Positions 35,545-49,717 of a stretch of 64,000 bases of DNA are shown here, piece after piece. Location of the stretch: assembly GCA_963514005.1 (NCBI GenBank), contig OY740786.1:90396001-90460000 (forward strand). Reading direction: 5' to 3'. Source of the stretch: Raja brachyura. Lineage: Eukaryota. Positions within the stretch are counted from its first letter, which is position 1; each line of letters opens with the position of its first letter. Below the pieces are notes generated by a model, which did no database searches, was not told the origin of the DNA, and saw nothing but the letters and a program-made list of their open reading frames with translations. The translations under genes were made by a program, and so were the position numbers.

Positions 35545-37209
35545 CTGGTATTCAGCTGGTATTCACAACGGACTTCGAGATGAAGTAAACTTGGAAACAT
35601 TTACCCTGATTAACAGAAATCTCAGAGAAGGCTCAACAGCCCATCCAATCAACGCATAGTAGAGTCAGACTCTGCAACATTATTTACAAACTATTTACAA
35701 GATATATGTCTGGTTTGCAGCCATCCAATCCATTTATGCATTTAGTACCAGATTGACAGTGTCTGCAAGGTTTCCCATTCTTTGCTTGCAAATTGTATCT
35801 AAGTTCCAGTCTCCCTGGCACCTCTCGCAGCCTGTCCCAGCTCTGCAGAGAGCAATTACAATTTGACCATATCTCCCAGCAAACCCTGAAACCTAACCCT
35901 ATTTTGAAGTCCTGGCTGGTCCAATTTAGCCAGGATTAACATTCCTTCCTTTTATCATTATGATAATCCATCATAAATGATAACCAAATTGGCTCAGTAA
36001 CCAACTAACCAGATATACATATATGTGATTTACATTTCCCATTCGTCAGTAACACAAGATGATGTTGTTTCTTCTCAGAATCTTGTAAAGCGTCCCAAGT
36101 GGGCATGACTTCACAAGTCCTGTCTGAGGAGTCTTCACCTCCCGAGTTTTTTTGTGGGTGCAAATTCCCTCCATCTGTGTTCATGCCCAGTCTTTCATCA
36201 TCTTCCACAGTCGAACCTAAAGCCTAGAAAATCCTAAGAAGCTTGGGACAAAGCAAGTTACCATTATGCACTCATGCTTCCCCACACATTCGCTATTCCT
36301 ATTTCCCTTGAACCTATCCCTATTATATTATCTATAGAACCTAGTATATTATATTCCCTAACCTGCTCTTTATTATTCTAGGATTGACATTAAATCTCCT
36401 TCTTCATCTTCACACGGCGTTATACTATGTACATCTGGTGACAGGAAATCATATGAATTTCAGCTGGGTTCAGTCCAGATTCCCCTAAAGGCATGACTTT
36501 AATTTGAAACAAACCATGATAAATGTTCCAATTCAACCAAATTCAGTCTCATCCTTTACTATTAGGATTTACTAATTTACTATTCCGAATTTCAATGCCC
36601 ATTTCTTCTTCTTCATTCCACAGCATTGTAGCTGATAATACAATTCCTTTCCATTTCCTGTGGAATTCCCAGCTGTTCAAATTTAAACAATCAATTTCTC
36701 ATGCTATTAATTTCATCCTGTCCAATCAAAAATGCCAAATCCAGGTACAATTTGTTTTCACCTTGATAATGTAAGCCTCTTGACCATCAAGGGTTAAACA
36801 ATTCAAATACATCGGGCAAATACACATTGGCTCTACTATTCCCAATACAATCCAAGTTTCCCCCTTGCAGTTAACCAAGTCTGTCCTCCATTTTCTCCTA
36901 TTTGTATATGACTAGTCAGTATGCTAATTCGCCACTATGTTATTTCTTTATTCTATTAGCTCTTATTATGTTAGCTTTTACTATGTTGGCTTCGTTCTCT
37001 GTCTAGGGGTTCTCGCTTTTATTCTATTGGCTTCGTTGTCTTTATTTTATTTTATTAGCCTCGTTGTCCAGGGGTTCTTGTTCTTATAGTTTTCAACCAA
37101 TATCCCAGCTCTGCAGAGAGCAATTACAATTTGACCATATCTCCCAGCAAACCCTGAAACCTAACCCCATTTTGAAGTTGTGGCTGGTCCAATTTAGCCA
37201 GGATTAACG
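35545..37209 (-). mobile_element. Collapsed LTR element remnant
   Basis: ~105-bp direct repeat (35836-35940, 37103-37208). On the minus strand a polypurine tract AAAAGGAAGGAAT precedes TGTTAATCCTGGC. Left boundary is approximate. Confidence 0.65.
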
Positions 37210-38669
37210 CCCTTATGCTTCTAAACTCCAGTGAGTAGAGGCCCAGTGCTGTCAAACACTCATCATATGTTAACTCATATACTAACCTCTTTTGTTTTAC
37301 TACTTAAATTAGCCATTTTCATTATTGGCTAGGTTTAAAAAGTTAATTCCCTTCTTTCTCAGCAGTGGGACAGATAATGTTAATCTCAAATAGATTCTCA
37401 AAATCACACAAATGTCCTGTGTGGATGAGCCTTGACAAATTGTTTCCTCCGTATCACACAATTTCTGCAACAGTGTTCTGATTTGCATATTTAAGTAGCC
37501 TTATTATTACAGGCCTTCTCAAAATTGCATCAGATGTGGCTTGCAAGTCTGTGGGGTGATCAAGGTGATATCCAACTTTTCATTTTCCAGTTGAAAAATA
37601 CCCAAGTAACAGACAAAGTTTCCAATGAATGATTTCCATTTGGCCTTATGGTTGGTCACAACAGCAATCAACAGAAAGTCTTTCATGATTTTACAAAGTA
37701 TGGTTGAAATTGCTAAGGCCAATGTTATTTATAGCACAATTTTACCAATGCAAAATTGATTGATGAATTTGGTAACAACATAGTAAAATAATACGAAATC
37801 ACTGATAGTTTCTGCCTTTTTCCATATAATGTTGTTAAAAAGCGAACATTTTTTACTTACTTTAGACACTTATATGATGATATCATTTACTTGGCATATC
37901 TTTACATGGATGCTTCAGTTTGGGAGCAGGGTGGAGAAAAGGACGGAAAATTATTTCCACTATAGACTATATTCCTGTTCAAGGCTTATTTTCACTAAGT
38001 TCTTTAAATCACTCAAAATGAATATGGTTGTTAATGAATTGATGAAATGCATGACACATCATGACCTTATGTGAGTATATGTTTACCTAGATTACATATA
38101 AAATTCAGCCAGTATTTATTCTCTACAAGAGGTCCTTCCATTTTCCTCATCTTAACCTGTTAACATGAACCTCTATTTTCCCCCATCATAAGCTTTATTA
38201 GTCTTGCTTTCAATGCATTTATACTATTCACAACAGCCATTCCCAATGGTAATGGGTTCCATATTTTTTGGGATGATCATTTATCCGCATTTATTGGATT
38301 TCTTTGTGACGTATTTACATAATTTCAAGATGGTTTCCAGTTATGCCCTTCCCCACAATTGGAAACAATCTCTCTTAGCATCCACGGCATCAAAAGAATT
38401 CATAACTTTAAAGATCAGCTTTATGATCTCCAGTTTATTGGCAGCTCCTGCTTATTTTGTACATTGAATAATGCAATATATGCTTTAAGAATCATGACTG
38501 AAGAAATGTTTTTTAACTCATGCATTCACTACATCAAGCAGTTGGGTGATGGATCTTCTCAAAATTAGAACAAATGCTTATTTTTTCCACAGTGTCTGCT
38601 GTGTGTTATCATTCTATAGGTTGTAAATCATTACTACATTACCCTTGCAGAATTTTGTATTGCTTACAG

Positions 38670-38821
38670 AGCCCTCGAGGAGAAGCGCAGAGAAGATGAG
38701 GAAAAAGAACAAAGACTTAGGGAGGAGGTACTTCAAGAGCGAAAACTGAAGCAACAAGATGCAACTGAGAGGTTTCAAAGAGCCCATCTCCTCTCATCAC
38801 AACGCAGGCAATATATAATTG
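38670..38821 (+). CDS. CEP126: CEP126 exon 3 (152 nt; ALEEKRREDEEKEQRLREEVLQERKLKQQDATERFQRAHLLSSQRRQYII)
   Basis: Acceptor ttacag|, donor G|gtgaga, phase 2 in and phase 1 out. The ERFQRAH..SQRR motif matches the CEP126 N-terminal motif (EKFQRAHVPLSQRR). Confidence 0.93.
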
Positions 38822-41800
38822 GTGAGAAATAAATTTATTCTGTATAATTTGTTATATTTGAGTAGCAAATTTAGTCTTTTTTATTTATCTGTAGAATACT
38901 TAAATTCACAGGTTTTCTTAAATTCTTCATTATTCTTTTAAGAATTTGTAGAATACTTAAATTCACAGTAGCAAGCATTCTTACTGTTCATGGGATTACC
39001 GATGTTCAAGCAGCAGCCCTAGTTTTTTTTATATAGTGTCTGTAGACTAGATATAAACAAAGTTCAAACTGATAGGTAGGTACGGGATACTGAGTTGGAT
39101 GATCAGCCATGATCATATTGAATGGCGGTGCAGGCTCGAAGGGCCGAATGGCCTACTCCTGCACCTAATTTCTATGTTTCTATGAAGTCCTCAATGCCAT
39201 TCCTTCTCAGGCCCTGCTTTGTCTTGTACAACGCATGAGACAGTAGAGCAGGAATACTTGCCTGCAGCAGTTGCACTTACTGCAACAATCAATCACATCT
39301 CTTTGTAGCAAAATGGTGGATTGCATTGAACTACAAATAAGAGGAAAAGGAATGAATGATGGAATGGGATGTGGAGAACAAAAGCTAGAAAGAGTTTTCT
39401 TGAATGAGGAGAGAGGTTAATTCAGAGATAGAAAGGGAGAACCCAATAATGATATTCTGGGATTAAGGAACTGTGAGTTTGTTACTATTACGTGAGGTAG
39501 TTGGGTGTAATGAGATAACCTTAACTGCCTTATGTAGAGGTATGAAGCATACTTCAATGAAGGAAAAAACTGTGAAAATAAGAGTATGGACTCATTCAAT
39601 TGGAACAGAAAAGTGTTTTCATAAGTTGAGATGGAGTGGGATGGATGCTGAGGGAAAGTCAATAAATTGTTAACAGAGACCAGGCAAGATTATCTAATGC
39701 TGGCCTGGGATAAGCTCAGACCAACTTCTTTAAAGTCAAGCGTAAACAGATGTCATGGGCACTGTGAAAACCAATTTCTACATGAATGGTCACAGACAAC
39801 ATGGACCGCACCTGCACCATTAATGATTACAGAAATGGCATCCAGGACTGTGTTACATGCTGTTAGATTCCTCCCAGCATGCTTGAAATGCATTATCACA
39901 TGAAACACCTGGCAACAACAGTGTGAAAAGACTGAATTGCTGATTTCTTGCAGCTTGCATGGTCTCTTAGCTTTAGTTATATTTTAGTATGCTTTAGTTA
40001 CCTTTCAGCTTTTAGCGAAGTAGTTTGCATGGTGCACAGACACAATGCTTTCCTATCAAGTTCTGGGGTTCTTTAAAAGAGCACTGACTCATCATAATTG
40101 ATGACATATGTTTGCCAGTAGGTGGAACTATAGTGACAGATTTGTAAATCAAATAAACTGTAAATGCTGGAAATCAAAAATAGAAACAATCTCAAAGGGT
40201 ATTTGGCTCTGTTTGTCCTCCCACATGTGCAGCCTGACCCGCTGAGTATATCCAGCACTTTGTTTTTATTTTTCATTTTCTGATGGAGTTTGTCCCTTGA
40301 GCTATAATGCACAGGTTAAAGGAAAAATGCAATAACTTGGTGCTGGCCGTCCAAAGCACTTCAGATCTAATCCTGCATTTATTCTCCCTCCGCAGTTCCT
40401 GTATTCTCTTTTTTTAGCCACCCAATCAACTATTCTCAAATGTTAAAATGTCTTCAATAATTAACTCCTGTACATTATGGCTTAAAATTTTAATACCATA
40501 ATACATTTCCAAGCAACGATTGAATAATAACTACACAGAATAAAATCCAACACTTAAAAAATGTCCAGGATATTTTGTGTCACACCAAAAAATCAACTGA
40601 GCATTTCTCAAAGTGATTCACCTTTACTGACATAATTCCCACAACATTTCCTCATGTAATGCTTCTTCTGAAGTATTACAAGGCAAATTAGTCTATGTTG
40701 TCCTGGCTTAATATTGGATGGATATCCCATTCGTGTATTTAACAATTGTTTCTGCAACACCCTAAAAAGGCATTGATGGTCCCAATTACTGGCACTTTTC
40801 CTGCATTGTCAGACCCAGCCTACTGGACCTTATGACATTTTCTATGCAAAATTCCAAGTTACCCATCCATCCGATGTTCCAGCCACTAACCTTTCAATCC
40901 TCTGAGGTTCCACACCTGTGATCACAGCTCCCAGCTACACCTACTTCTAGCCATGACCTACAAGTCAGACACTCTTCTTAGCCCCAATCATTCCAACTCA
41001 AACTCCACTTGGTTATCCACGTTGATAAATTAAACTCCATGCCCCAATCGACCAAACTCCACCAATAGTCACCGATAGCTTCCTGACAACGCCTAGATCT
41101 GAACATGATGTTTTTAAATTATGTTCTTTCAGAAGCACTGAGGACTTAGATCTCACGTGTTACTAATTTGCAGAAGTGGGCCCACAACTAAAATAGTTGT
41201 CAGAGTGCTGCTGCATTCTCCATCTGGGCATAAATCTTTAATCTCATGTTCAATCTTATTGCTAGTTTACCTTGACCCAAATGCTTAATAACATAAAACA
41301 GGCCAATTCTAACCTGTTTTACCCCATTTATAGTATTAATATATCCATTAAATTACTTCACCTGTTTTTTTATTTCTTAATGCAAAACAATATTATTAGT
41401 GACTGTACTATCGCCTCAACAGCCTTGCATATTAGAATCCAAATTTGCATTCAAGTGCATTTTATTTTCAATTTGTTTCACAGAATTAACTTGCTCTGCA
41501 ATGAAATTTATCATGAGCTGAAAATTTGGAAATCATTCTCTCTGCGTGGTAAATGGAAAATGCTTTTTAAAATCAATTTCTGCCATATTTCTTCCATTCA
41601 TGAAATCTTGCACCTTCTCAAAATATGCCTACCCTTTGTTTTTTATTATGTACGCCAACCTCTATCCATATCATAATGTTTCATCCCACCATTAGACATG
41701 TGGAAATTCAATTTGATGGATATTTTTAACCATCAAAGTTCATGATTATTCAGGGTGCTACAAAATACAACAGATTATTACAAAATCTTATCATCAAATG

Positions 41801-41997
41801 AGTAAATATTCAATAATATTATTATTTTTAAAAATAAATTTGAGTTATTTACTTAAAATCAATAGCTCGGTTGCTATCCTCTAATATCAATACCAATATT
41901 TCCTCTAATTTACCAGGAGCATCAACAGTAATAATAATATTATTGAAAGCTACATAAATGGCCTAATGTTCCACTTTTTTTTCTGTTTTTTCTCGAG

Positions 41998-42109
41998 GCC
42001 ATAGAACACAATCCATTCAATTAGATGAAGCTCTTGAACAGATTCATGGTTCTTTTTATATGTCAACTTCTCCATCATCTCCTGTTGCAAAGTCCACAGT
42101 CTTCACAGG
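41998..42109 (+). CDS. CEP126: CEP126 exon 4 (112 nt; GHRTQSIQLDEALEQIHGSFYMSTSPSSPVAKSTVFTG)
   Basis: Long polypyrimidine tract ending tctcgag|, donor GG|gtatga, phase 1 in and phase 2 out. LDEALEQI resembles the CEP126 LEEALKQI motif. Confidence 0.85.
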
Positions 42110-42649
42110 GTATGAGTTTTCCTTTTGCAATTAAAATGTATTCTAAGATATTAGAACATCGAACAGCATAAGCCATATTACGCAAATTGTTTAAAGTTCT
42201 GTGATAGAACACTATTTTTAAATTGGGCCGTCTTAACAGAGTTAAGATTTTATTCATTATTTTTCTTCTCCACGGAATTGAAGATGTGTTTTAAAGCCCC
42301 ATAAAAACAATGGTTTGAAAATTGACTGCTTTCCCACGTTACTAAATGTGTAACTTTTAGGGGTGGAATTGAAGGTTTTTGTCCATTCAAAATACAGTAT
42401 TCTGTGGAAATTACTGATTTGTGATCAGCTTTTCATTTTTCCAAAATAGTAAAAAATTAATTTATTATTCTGTTTGAGAAGGAAAACCGTCAAAATATAT
42501 CCCACTGTCTCTTTTATGGTTTGTGAATATATAAAACTTACTATGTTACTACATCTTACTACGCATTATAATTTGTGATAAATTCATTCTCAAACCGTCA
42601 CAATTGAATTATTTCATTAAAAGTATATTTTTGGGAAAGGCTGATGGGG

Positions 42650-44732
42650 AAAATGATTTCACAAAGGGCTGGGAACTGAATATTCAAGGGTAGACCTCCT
42701 ATCAAAAAGGTGGGCAGAGGGGGTGGGGTAGCTCTGTTGGTGAGGAATGAAATTCAGTCCCTTGCAAGGGGTGACATTGAAACAGGAGATGTGGAGTCAG
42801 TATGGATAGAACTAAGACCCTAATGGGACTTATCTGCAGGCCCCCAAACAGTAGCCTGGATTTAGGGTGCAAGTTGAATCAAGAGTTAAAATTGGCATGT
42901 TGTAGGTATTGCATTGGCAGGTAATGCTATGGTTGTTATGGAAGATTTCAACATGCAGGTAGACTGGGAAAATCAGGTTGATACTGGACTGCAAGAAAGG
43001 GAGTTTGTGGAGTGCCTCCGCGATGGATTATTAGAGCAGCTTGTATTGGAGCCTACCAGGTAGAAGGTAATTCTGGATTTAGTGTTGTGCAATGAACCAG
43101 ATTTGATAAGGGGACCTGAGGTTAAGGAGCCATTAGGAGGTAGTGACCATAATATGGTAAGGTTTAATCTACAATTTGAGATGGAGAAGGGTAAATCAGA
43201 GGTGTCAGTGTTACAGTTCAACAAAGGGGACTATGGAGCCATGAGGGAGGAGCTGGCTAAAGTTGACTGGAAAGATACCCTAGCAGGGATGACAGTGGAA
43301 CAACAATGGCAGGTATTTCTGGGAATAATACAGAAGGTGCAGGATCAGTTTATTCCAAACAGGAAGAACAATTCCAAGGGGAGGAAGGGGCGACCGTGGC
43401 TGACAAGGGAAGATGCTGGTCAATTATAAAAGATGAAATAGCAGCACATTTGGATTTACGAAGGGGAAATCATGCTTGACTAATCTTCTGGAATTGTTTG
43501 AGGATGTAACTAGGAAAATGGACAAGGGAGAGCCAATGGATGTGGTGTACCTGGACTTTCAGAAAGCATTTGATAAGGTCCCACATAGGAGATTGGGACA
43601 AACTTAGGGCACATGGTATTGGGGGAAGAGTGCTGACATGGATAGAAAATTTGTTGGCAGACAGGAAATGAAGAGTAGTGATTAACGGGTCCCTGTCAGA
43701 ATGGCAGGCAGTGACTAGTGGGGTACCGCAAGGCTCGGTGCTGGGACCGCAGCTATTTACAATATACATCAATGATTTAGATGAAGGGATTCAAAGTAAC
43801 ATTAGCAAATTTGCAGAAAGGTGGGAGGCAGTGTGAACTGTGAGGAGGATGCTATGAGAATGCAGGGTGACTTGGACAGGTTGGGTTAGTGGTCAGATGC
43901 ATGGCAGATGCAGTTTAATATGGATGAATGTGAAGTTATCCATTTTGATAGCAAAAACAGGAAGGCAGATTATTATCTAAATGGTATCAAGTTGGTAAAA
44001 GGGGAATTACAACGGGATCTGGGGGTCCTTGTTCATCAGTCAATGAAAGTAAGCATGCAGGTCCAGCAGGCAGTAAAGAAAGCGAATGGCATGTTGGCCT
44101 TCATAACAAGAAGAGTTGCGTATAGGAGCAAAGAGGTCCTTCTGCAATTGTACAGGGCCCTGGTGAGACCACACCTGGAGTATTGTGTGCCGTTTTGGTC
44201 CCCTAATTTGAGGAAGGATATTCTTGCTATTGAGGGAGTGCAGCGTAGGTTTACATGGTTAATTCCCGGGATGGCGGGACTGTCATATGCTGAGAGAATG
44301 GAGCCCATGGGCCTGTATCCTCTGGAATTTAGAAGGATGAGAGGGGATCTTATTGAAGCATTAAGATTTTTAAGGGTTTGGACACGCTAGAGGCAGGAAA
44401 CATGTACCGATGTTGGGGGAGTCCGGAACCAGGGGTCACAGTTTAAGAATAAGGAATAAGCCATTTAGAACGGAGATGAGGAAACACTTTTTCACACAGA
44501 GATTTGTGAGTCTATGGAATTCTCTGCCTCAGAGTGTGGAGGAGGCCGGTTTTTTGGATACTTTCAAGAGAGAGAGCGAGATAGGGCTCTTAAAGATAGC
44601 GGAGTCAAGGGATATGGGGAGAAGGCAGGAAAGGGGTACTGATTGGGAATGATCAGCCATGATCCCATTGAATGGCGGTGCTGGCTCAATGGGCCGAATG
44701 GCCTACTCATGCACCTATTGTCTATTGTCTAT
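42650..44732 (+). mobile_element. CR1 LINE with endonuclease and RT remnants, internally deleted
   Basis: LGGSDHNMV (APE motif), [19 protein letters not shown] and a 3' tail (CTATTGT)n. Confidence 0.94.
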
Positions 44733-47700
44733 AAATATTTCTGCACTCAGCTCCTTATAATAATAATCATTATTGTGAGGTGAAGATCTAGTGTTTACTT
44801 CAGCTGAAATGAAAGGGAGGGAATAGTTAGAACAGGATGCATAGATGTTACTTCAGTATTCATAGAGTCATAGTCAGAGTGATATTGTGGAAACAGGCCC
44901 TTCGGCCCAACATGTTCCAGCCACACTAGTCCCTCCTGCCAGCATTTGGTCCATCTCCCTCCAAACCTATCTATTCATGTACCTGTCGAACTGCTTAAAT
45001 GTTGGGATAGTTCTTGCCTCGACTACCTCCTCTGACAGCTTGTTCCATACATCCACCACCCATTTTGTGAAAGGTTTGCCCCTCAGATTCATATTAAATC
45101 TTTTCCCCTTCACTTTAAACCTAAATCATATATTTATTTTTAAGTTTTGTATTTTGAGCCCATAAAACATTATAGTTTTGATGTTAGGAGCATGACACCA
45201 TAATGTAAATCGTTTTAACAGTAGTCATTTTCACTAAAATTACACCTACAGAATAGTTTGTTATTTACTGTAAGTGTTCCTATATCTTCTCATTTTTTAA
45301 AATCATTTTTCTGAGTAACTGCCTTATGCCTTCTGGTATTCCTTTTCAACCACAAATTATGAATGCTCAACCTCGCAATAAAATTGGCTTTTTTAAACCA
45401 ACTGTGAACGGGTAACATCTAAGAAAAAGCAAATAAACGAATTATGAAAAGGGAGCTTTTCATAACCGAAGGAACCTGCAGTTTAAATATAGTGAAACAA
45501 TGTATAATCTCAGAAAATGTCAACAGATTCATACCAGTTATGAGAGCAGATCCAGGTTTCTAAAAGTTTGGACCAATTATGGTAGATCCAAATATTCTGG
45601 AAACAAGTAGAAGATTTATATTTAAAACAAAAACCACCAAATGCTGAAAATGCCAAACCAAAAACAAAAAATGCTGGATGCACACAAGCTGGTCAAGTAA
45701 TATCAGCAGGATAAGAAACAGAATTGATGATCAGAACCAAAAATGTAAGAAGAGAAATGTTCTAAGATGCACAGAGAGAGAGTGGAGAGAACAGATAAAA
45801 TGTCTGTTATAGGTTACTTGTCAAAGATCTAATAAACGGTCATTGACCCAAAATATTGACTGAGAATTTCCAGCATTTTAAAGATATTTGCAGGTTTCAT
45901 TTGATTTTCAGAAATCAAAATTGTCATATTAGTAAATACTTTAAAACACAGTGCCCAATAGGCCCTTATGGTTGATGAAGGTATTTTGGGTGTAAGGGTA
46001 TTTATTTTGCAGGTGAGCTGAGCAAGTGATGAGTGCATGGACTCTCAACATCTCCCAATTTACAGGGGGTTTTGGGGCATGGGTATAGCTATGGTAATAT
46101 ATGTACATGTCACAACAGAGCCCAGATGGTGTTGATGAATATGTGGCGTTGCTCATAGTCTGGGTTTGGGGGGGAGGGGCTGGTTGTTCATTTGTTGATT
46201 AAAGTCAACTGGGGGAATGCAAATGTAAGAAAGGTGAGGGATTGTAAGTAGTATTCATGCTGTAAATACAGTGCCCTGCATAATGTTTGGGACAAAAACA
46301 CATCATCTATTTATTTGCCTCTGTACTCCACGATTGATGATTTGTAATAGAAAAAAATCACATATAGTTAAAGTGCACATTGTCAGATTTTATTAAAGGG
46401 TATTTTTATACTTTTTGGTTTCACCATGTAGAAATTACAGCTGTGTTTATACATAGTCCCCCCATTTCAGGGCACCATAATATTTGAAGCACATGGCTTC
46501 ACAGGCGTTTGTAATTGCTTAAGTGTGTTTAATTGCCTCCTTATGGCAGGTATAAGAGAGCTCTCAGCATCGAGTCTTTCCTCCAGTCTTTCCATCACCT
46601 TCGGAAAAATATATTACTGTTTATCAATGTGAGGACCAAAGTTGTGCCAATGAAAGGCAAAGAAGCCATTATGAGACTGAGAAACAAGAATACAACTGTT
46701 AGAGACATCAGCCAAAACTTTGGCTTACCAAATCAACTGTTTGGAACATCATTAAGAAGAAAGAGAGCACCCGTGAGCTTACTGATCGTAAAAGGACTGG
46801 CAGGCCAAGGAAGACCTCCACAGCTGATGACAGAAGAATTCTCTCTGTAATTAAAAAGAAAAACAAACACCAGAAACACTCTGCAGGAGTCAGGTGTGGA
46901 TTTGACCACTGTCCGCAGAAGACAGAAGCTAAAGATGGCTGCAATACAGGCCTGGCAGAGCATCACCAGAGAAGACACCCAACAACTGGTGATGTCCATG
47001 ATTCGCAGACTTCAAGCAGTCATTGCATACAAAGGGTATGCAACAAAATACCAAACATGACTACTTTCATTTATATGACATTGCTGCATGGGCCGCGGGA
47101 CTGGGGGGGCTACAGCCCCCCCCACTTTTTAAGCGATGTTTCCCCGGGAGTTAGTGGCCAGCCCAGCAGATGTACTTTAGTGACCGACACGGACGGTTCA
47201 GTATCTGCAGGAAGCACCAAACTCACCTATAACACACCGGGAGGGGGGTGGGAGGTCAGCAACTCACCGCGGTAGGGGTGGCCTGGCGGGCCGGTGAACG
47301 TGAAGGGGGTGTGGGGTGGAGGGAGAGTGGAGGCTACTCACACACGGAGCCGTGTGGAAGCGAACGATGGGAGGAGGGGCCCGGGGTCTGAGGGTACGAG
47401 GTCAAGGGGTTGGATTAATGCAGAACGCTGCTGAACAACCCAACCTTCCCGCTCTTATTTATAGAGGAATCAGGGACAAAAAACACAGAGAGCTGCCATG
47501 TCAAACACTGGCTAACGCCGGATAGATTCCAGGGTCAGCTCTGGTCTCACACCGGGAAGGATGTCAAGAGTTCATAGGGAAGCCAGAATGGATGAGCATG
47601 CGTAGACCTCATGGGTCTCAGTCATGCGTAGTCTCTAGGGCTATTTACATTGCAGGGGAGGGGAGTAGGAGACTGAGAGCATGTTCACAATCATGTGTTG

Positions 47701-47883
47701 GAACAATCAAGGAGAAGTTGTTGTACGTCTCTTGGAACATGGACTTCGGTGATCACACCAGAGGCAATCGGCAGAGAGTGGAGAGACAGCGCTTCAGGAG
47801 TCCCTTCACAAAGAGGGCTGGGCCTAGCACTGAAGGGGAAACCTTGTAAAAGTCTGGGATGAAGGGCAAGGCAATAGGGGAGG

Positions 47884-48058
47884 TATACACAAAATTCTGG
47901 AGTAACTCAGTAAGGCAGCATCTCTGGAGAAAATGAATCGGTCACATATTGTTTCAGGTCGGGACCCTACTTCAGAGATGCTGTCTGATCAACTGAGTTA
48001 CTCAAGCATTTTGTTTCTATTTTTGGTATAAACCAGCGTATGCAGTTCCTTCCTACAC
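47884..48058. mobile_element. Penelope-derived fold-back element (subfamily B)
   Basis: Inverted GAGTAACTCAG..GCAGCATCTCTG arms. Confidence 0.7.
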
Positions 48059-48112
48059 AAGGTAAAAGGGGACCTAGGAGGATGCTTGTTCAAAGAGACG
48101 GGCTAGGCTCAA

Positions 48113-48760
48113 TAGAAACATAGAAACATAGAAATCAGGTGCAGGAGTAGGCCATTCAGCCCTTCGAGCCTGCACCGCCATTCAATATGATCATGGCTGA
48201 TCATCCAACTCGGTATCCCGTACCTGCCTTCTCTCCATACCCTCTGATCCCCTTAGCCACAAGGGCCACATCTAACTCCCTCTTAAATATAGCCAATGAA
48301 CTGGCCTCAACTACCCTCTGTGGCAGAGAGTTCCAGAGACCCACCACTCTCTGTGTGAAAAAAGTCCTTCTCATCTCGGTCCTAAAGGATTTCCCCCTTA
48401 TCCTTAAGCTGTGACCCCTTGTCCTGGACCTCCCCAACATCGGGAACAATCTTCCTGCATCTAGCCTGTCCAACCCCTTAAGAATTTTGTACGTTTCTAT
48501 AAGATCCCATCTCAATCTCCTAAATTCTAGAGAGTATAAACCGAGTCTATGCAGTCTTTGTTCATAAGACAGTCCTGACATGCCAGGAATCAGTCTGGTG
48601 AACCTTCTCTGCACTCCCTCTATGGCAATAATGTCCTTCCTCAGATTTGGAGACCAGAACTGTACGCAATACTCCAGGTGTGGTCTCACCAAGACCCTTT
48701 ACAACTGAAGTAGAACCTCCCTGCCCCTATACTCAAATCCTTTTGGCAATAGGCCAAATG
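48113..48760 (-). mobile_element. CR1/HER1 3' fragment nested in the TIR element within Tc1
   Basis: ORF 48201-48692 and an AGAAACAT tail. Confidence 0.94.
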
Positions 48761-49717
48761 GCTGCCATCCCTGCACCCATTGACTCCAGCAGCAATATTG
48801 GTGCCAACCACACCTCCCTGCATGTCAACATCTCCAGCGCAACACAACCCTTCTTTCCCAACCCACTGTCCCGCCCCACCCTCTCTTCCCCCCCCCCCAC
48901 CATGGCGTACCACACCCACCCGGGGCGCTCTGCCCTCCCTTGGGTTATGGGGTACTACGTGTGCCACCCCGTCTCACTGACCCTGGGCCCCGCTCCCGGG
49001 GCAGTCACCCCGTCCTGAAACACGCCCGGAAACACAGCGATAAACGGAGTGGGCGCGGGTGCCCATTAACCAGTATGTCAGTGACCTGTCGCCCGGATCC
49101 CCCGGTAACCGGTTCCTCTGATAGATCCCCCCATTTTTTGAGGTGGGGGATGGCCTGTATCATTATCCCCCAGTTTTTGGAGGTCGAGCAATAACAGAAA
49201 TAATAATCACCTGCCCCTATCTCTCATGTAGGCTCAACATTATCTTAAAAATACTTCAAACAAAAAACATTGAAATCATACTTCTAGAATGCCTTAAAAC
49301 ATGATTTTAATACATCAAATTTAAAAAAGTTCCTACTGTGGGACCCCCTCCCACACCCTCCCCCCGCTCGGTCATTCCGCTCCCTCTGGGTACCTACGAG
49401 GCCACTGATCAGTGATCGCTCAGCCCCCCCCCACTTTCAAAAACGCTCCGAGGCCCCTGTGCTGTGTCCCAAACATTATGATGCCCTGAAATGAGGGGAC
49501 TATGTGTAAACACTGCTGTAATTTCTACATGGTGAAACCAAAATGTATAAAAATAATCTTTAATAAAATTTGACAATGTGCACTTTAACCACATATATAT
49601 GTTTTTCTATTACAAAACTCAAATTGTGGAGTACAGAGGGAAATAAATAAATGATGGGTCTTTGTCCCTAACATTATGGAGGGCACTGTATGTATAAAAT
49701 TGAGTGCTTTTGTGTTT

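Larger units (their letters stand above)
47087..49459. mobile_element. Unclassified TIR element with 5-bp TSD
   Basis: TIRs CATGGGCCGCGG / CCGAGGCCCCTG. TGCTG duplicated at 47082-47086 and 49460-49464. The empty site can be inferred from the Tc1 copy at ~2326-2345. Confidence 0.8.
46269..49688 (+). mobile_element. Tc1-like family A copy with internal deletion and nested insertions
   Basis: TA|CAGTGCCC...GGGCACTG|TA with the same TIRs as 963-2557. The catalytic region is deleted at ~46925, and a 2.4-kb insertion sits at 47087-49459. Confidence 0.9.
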
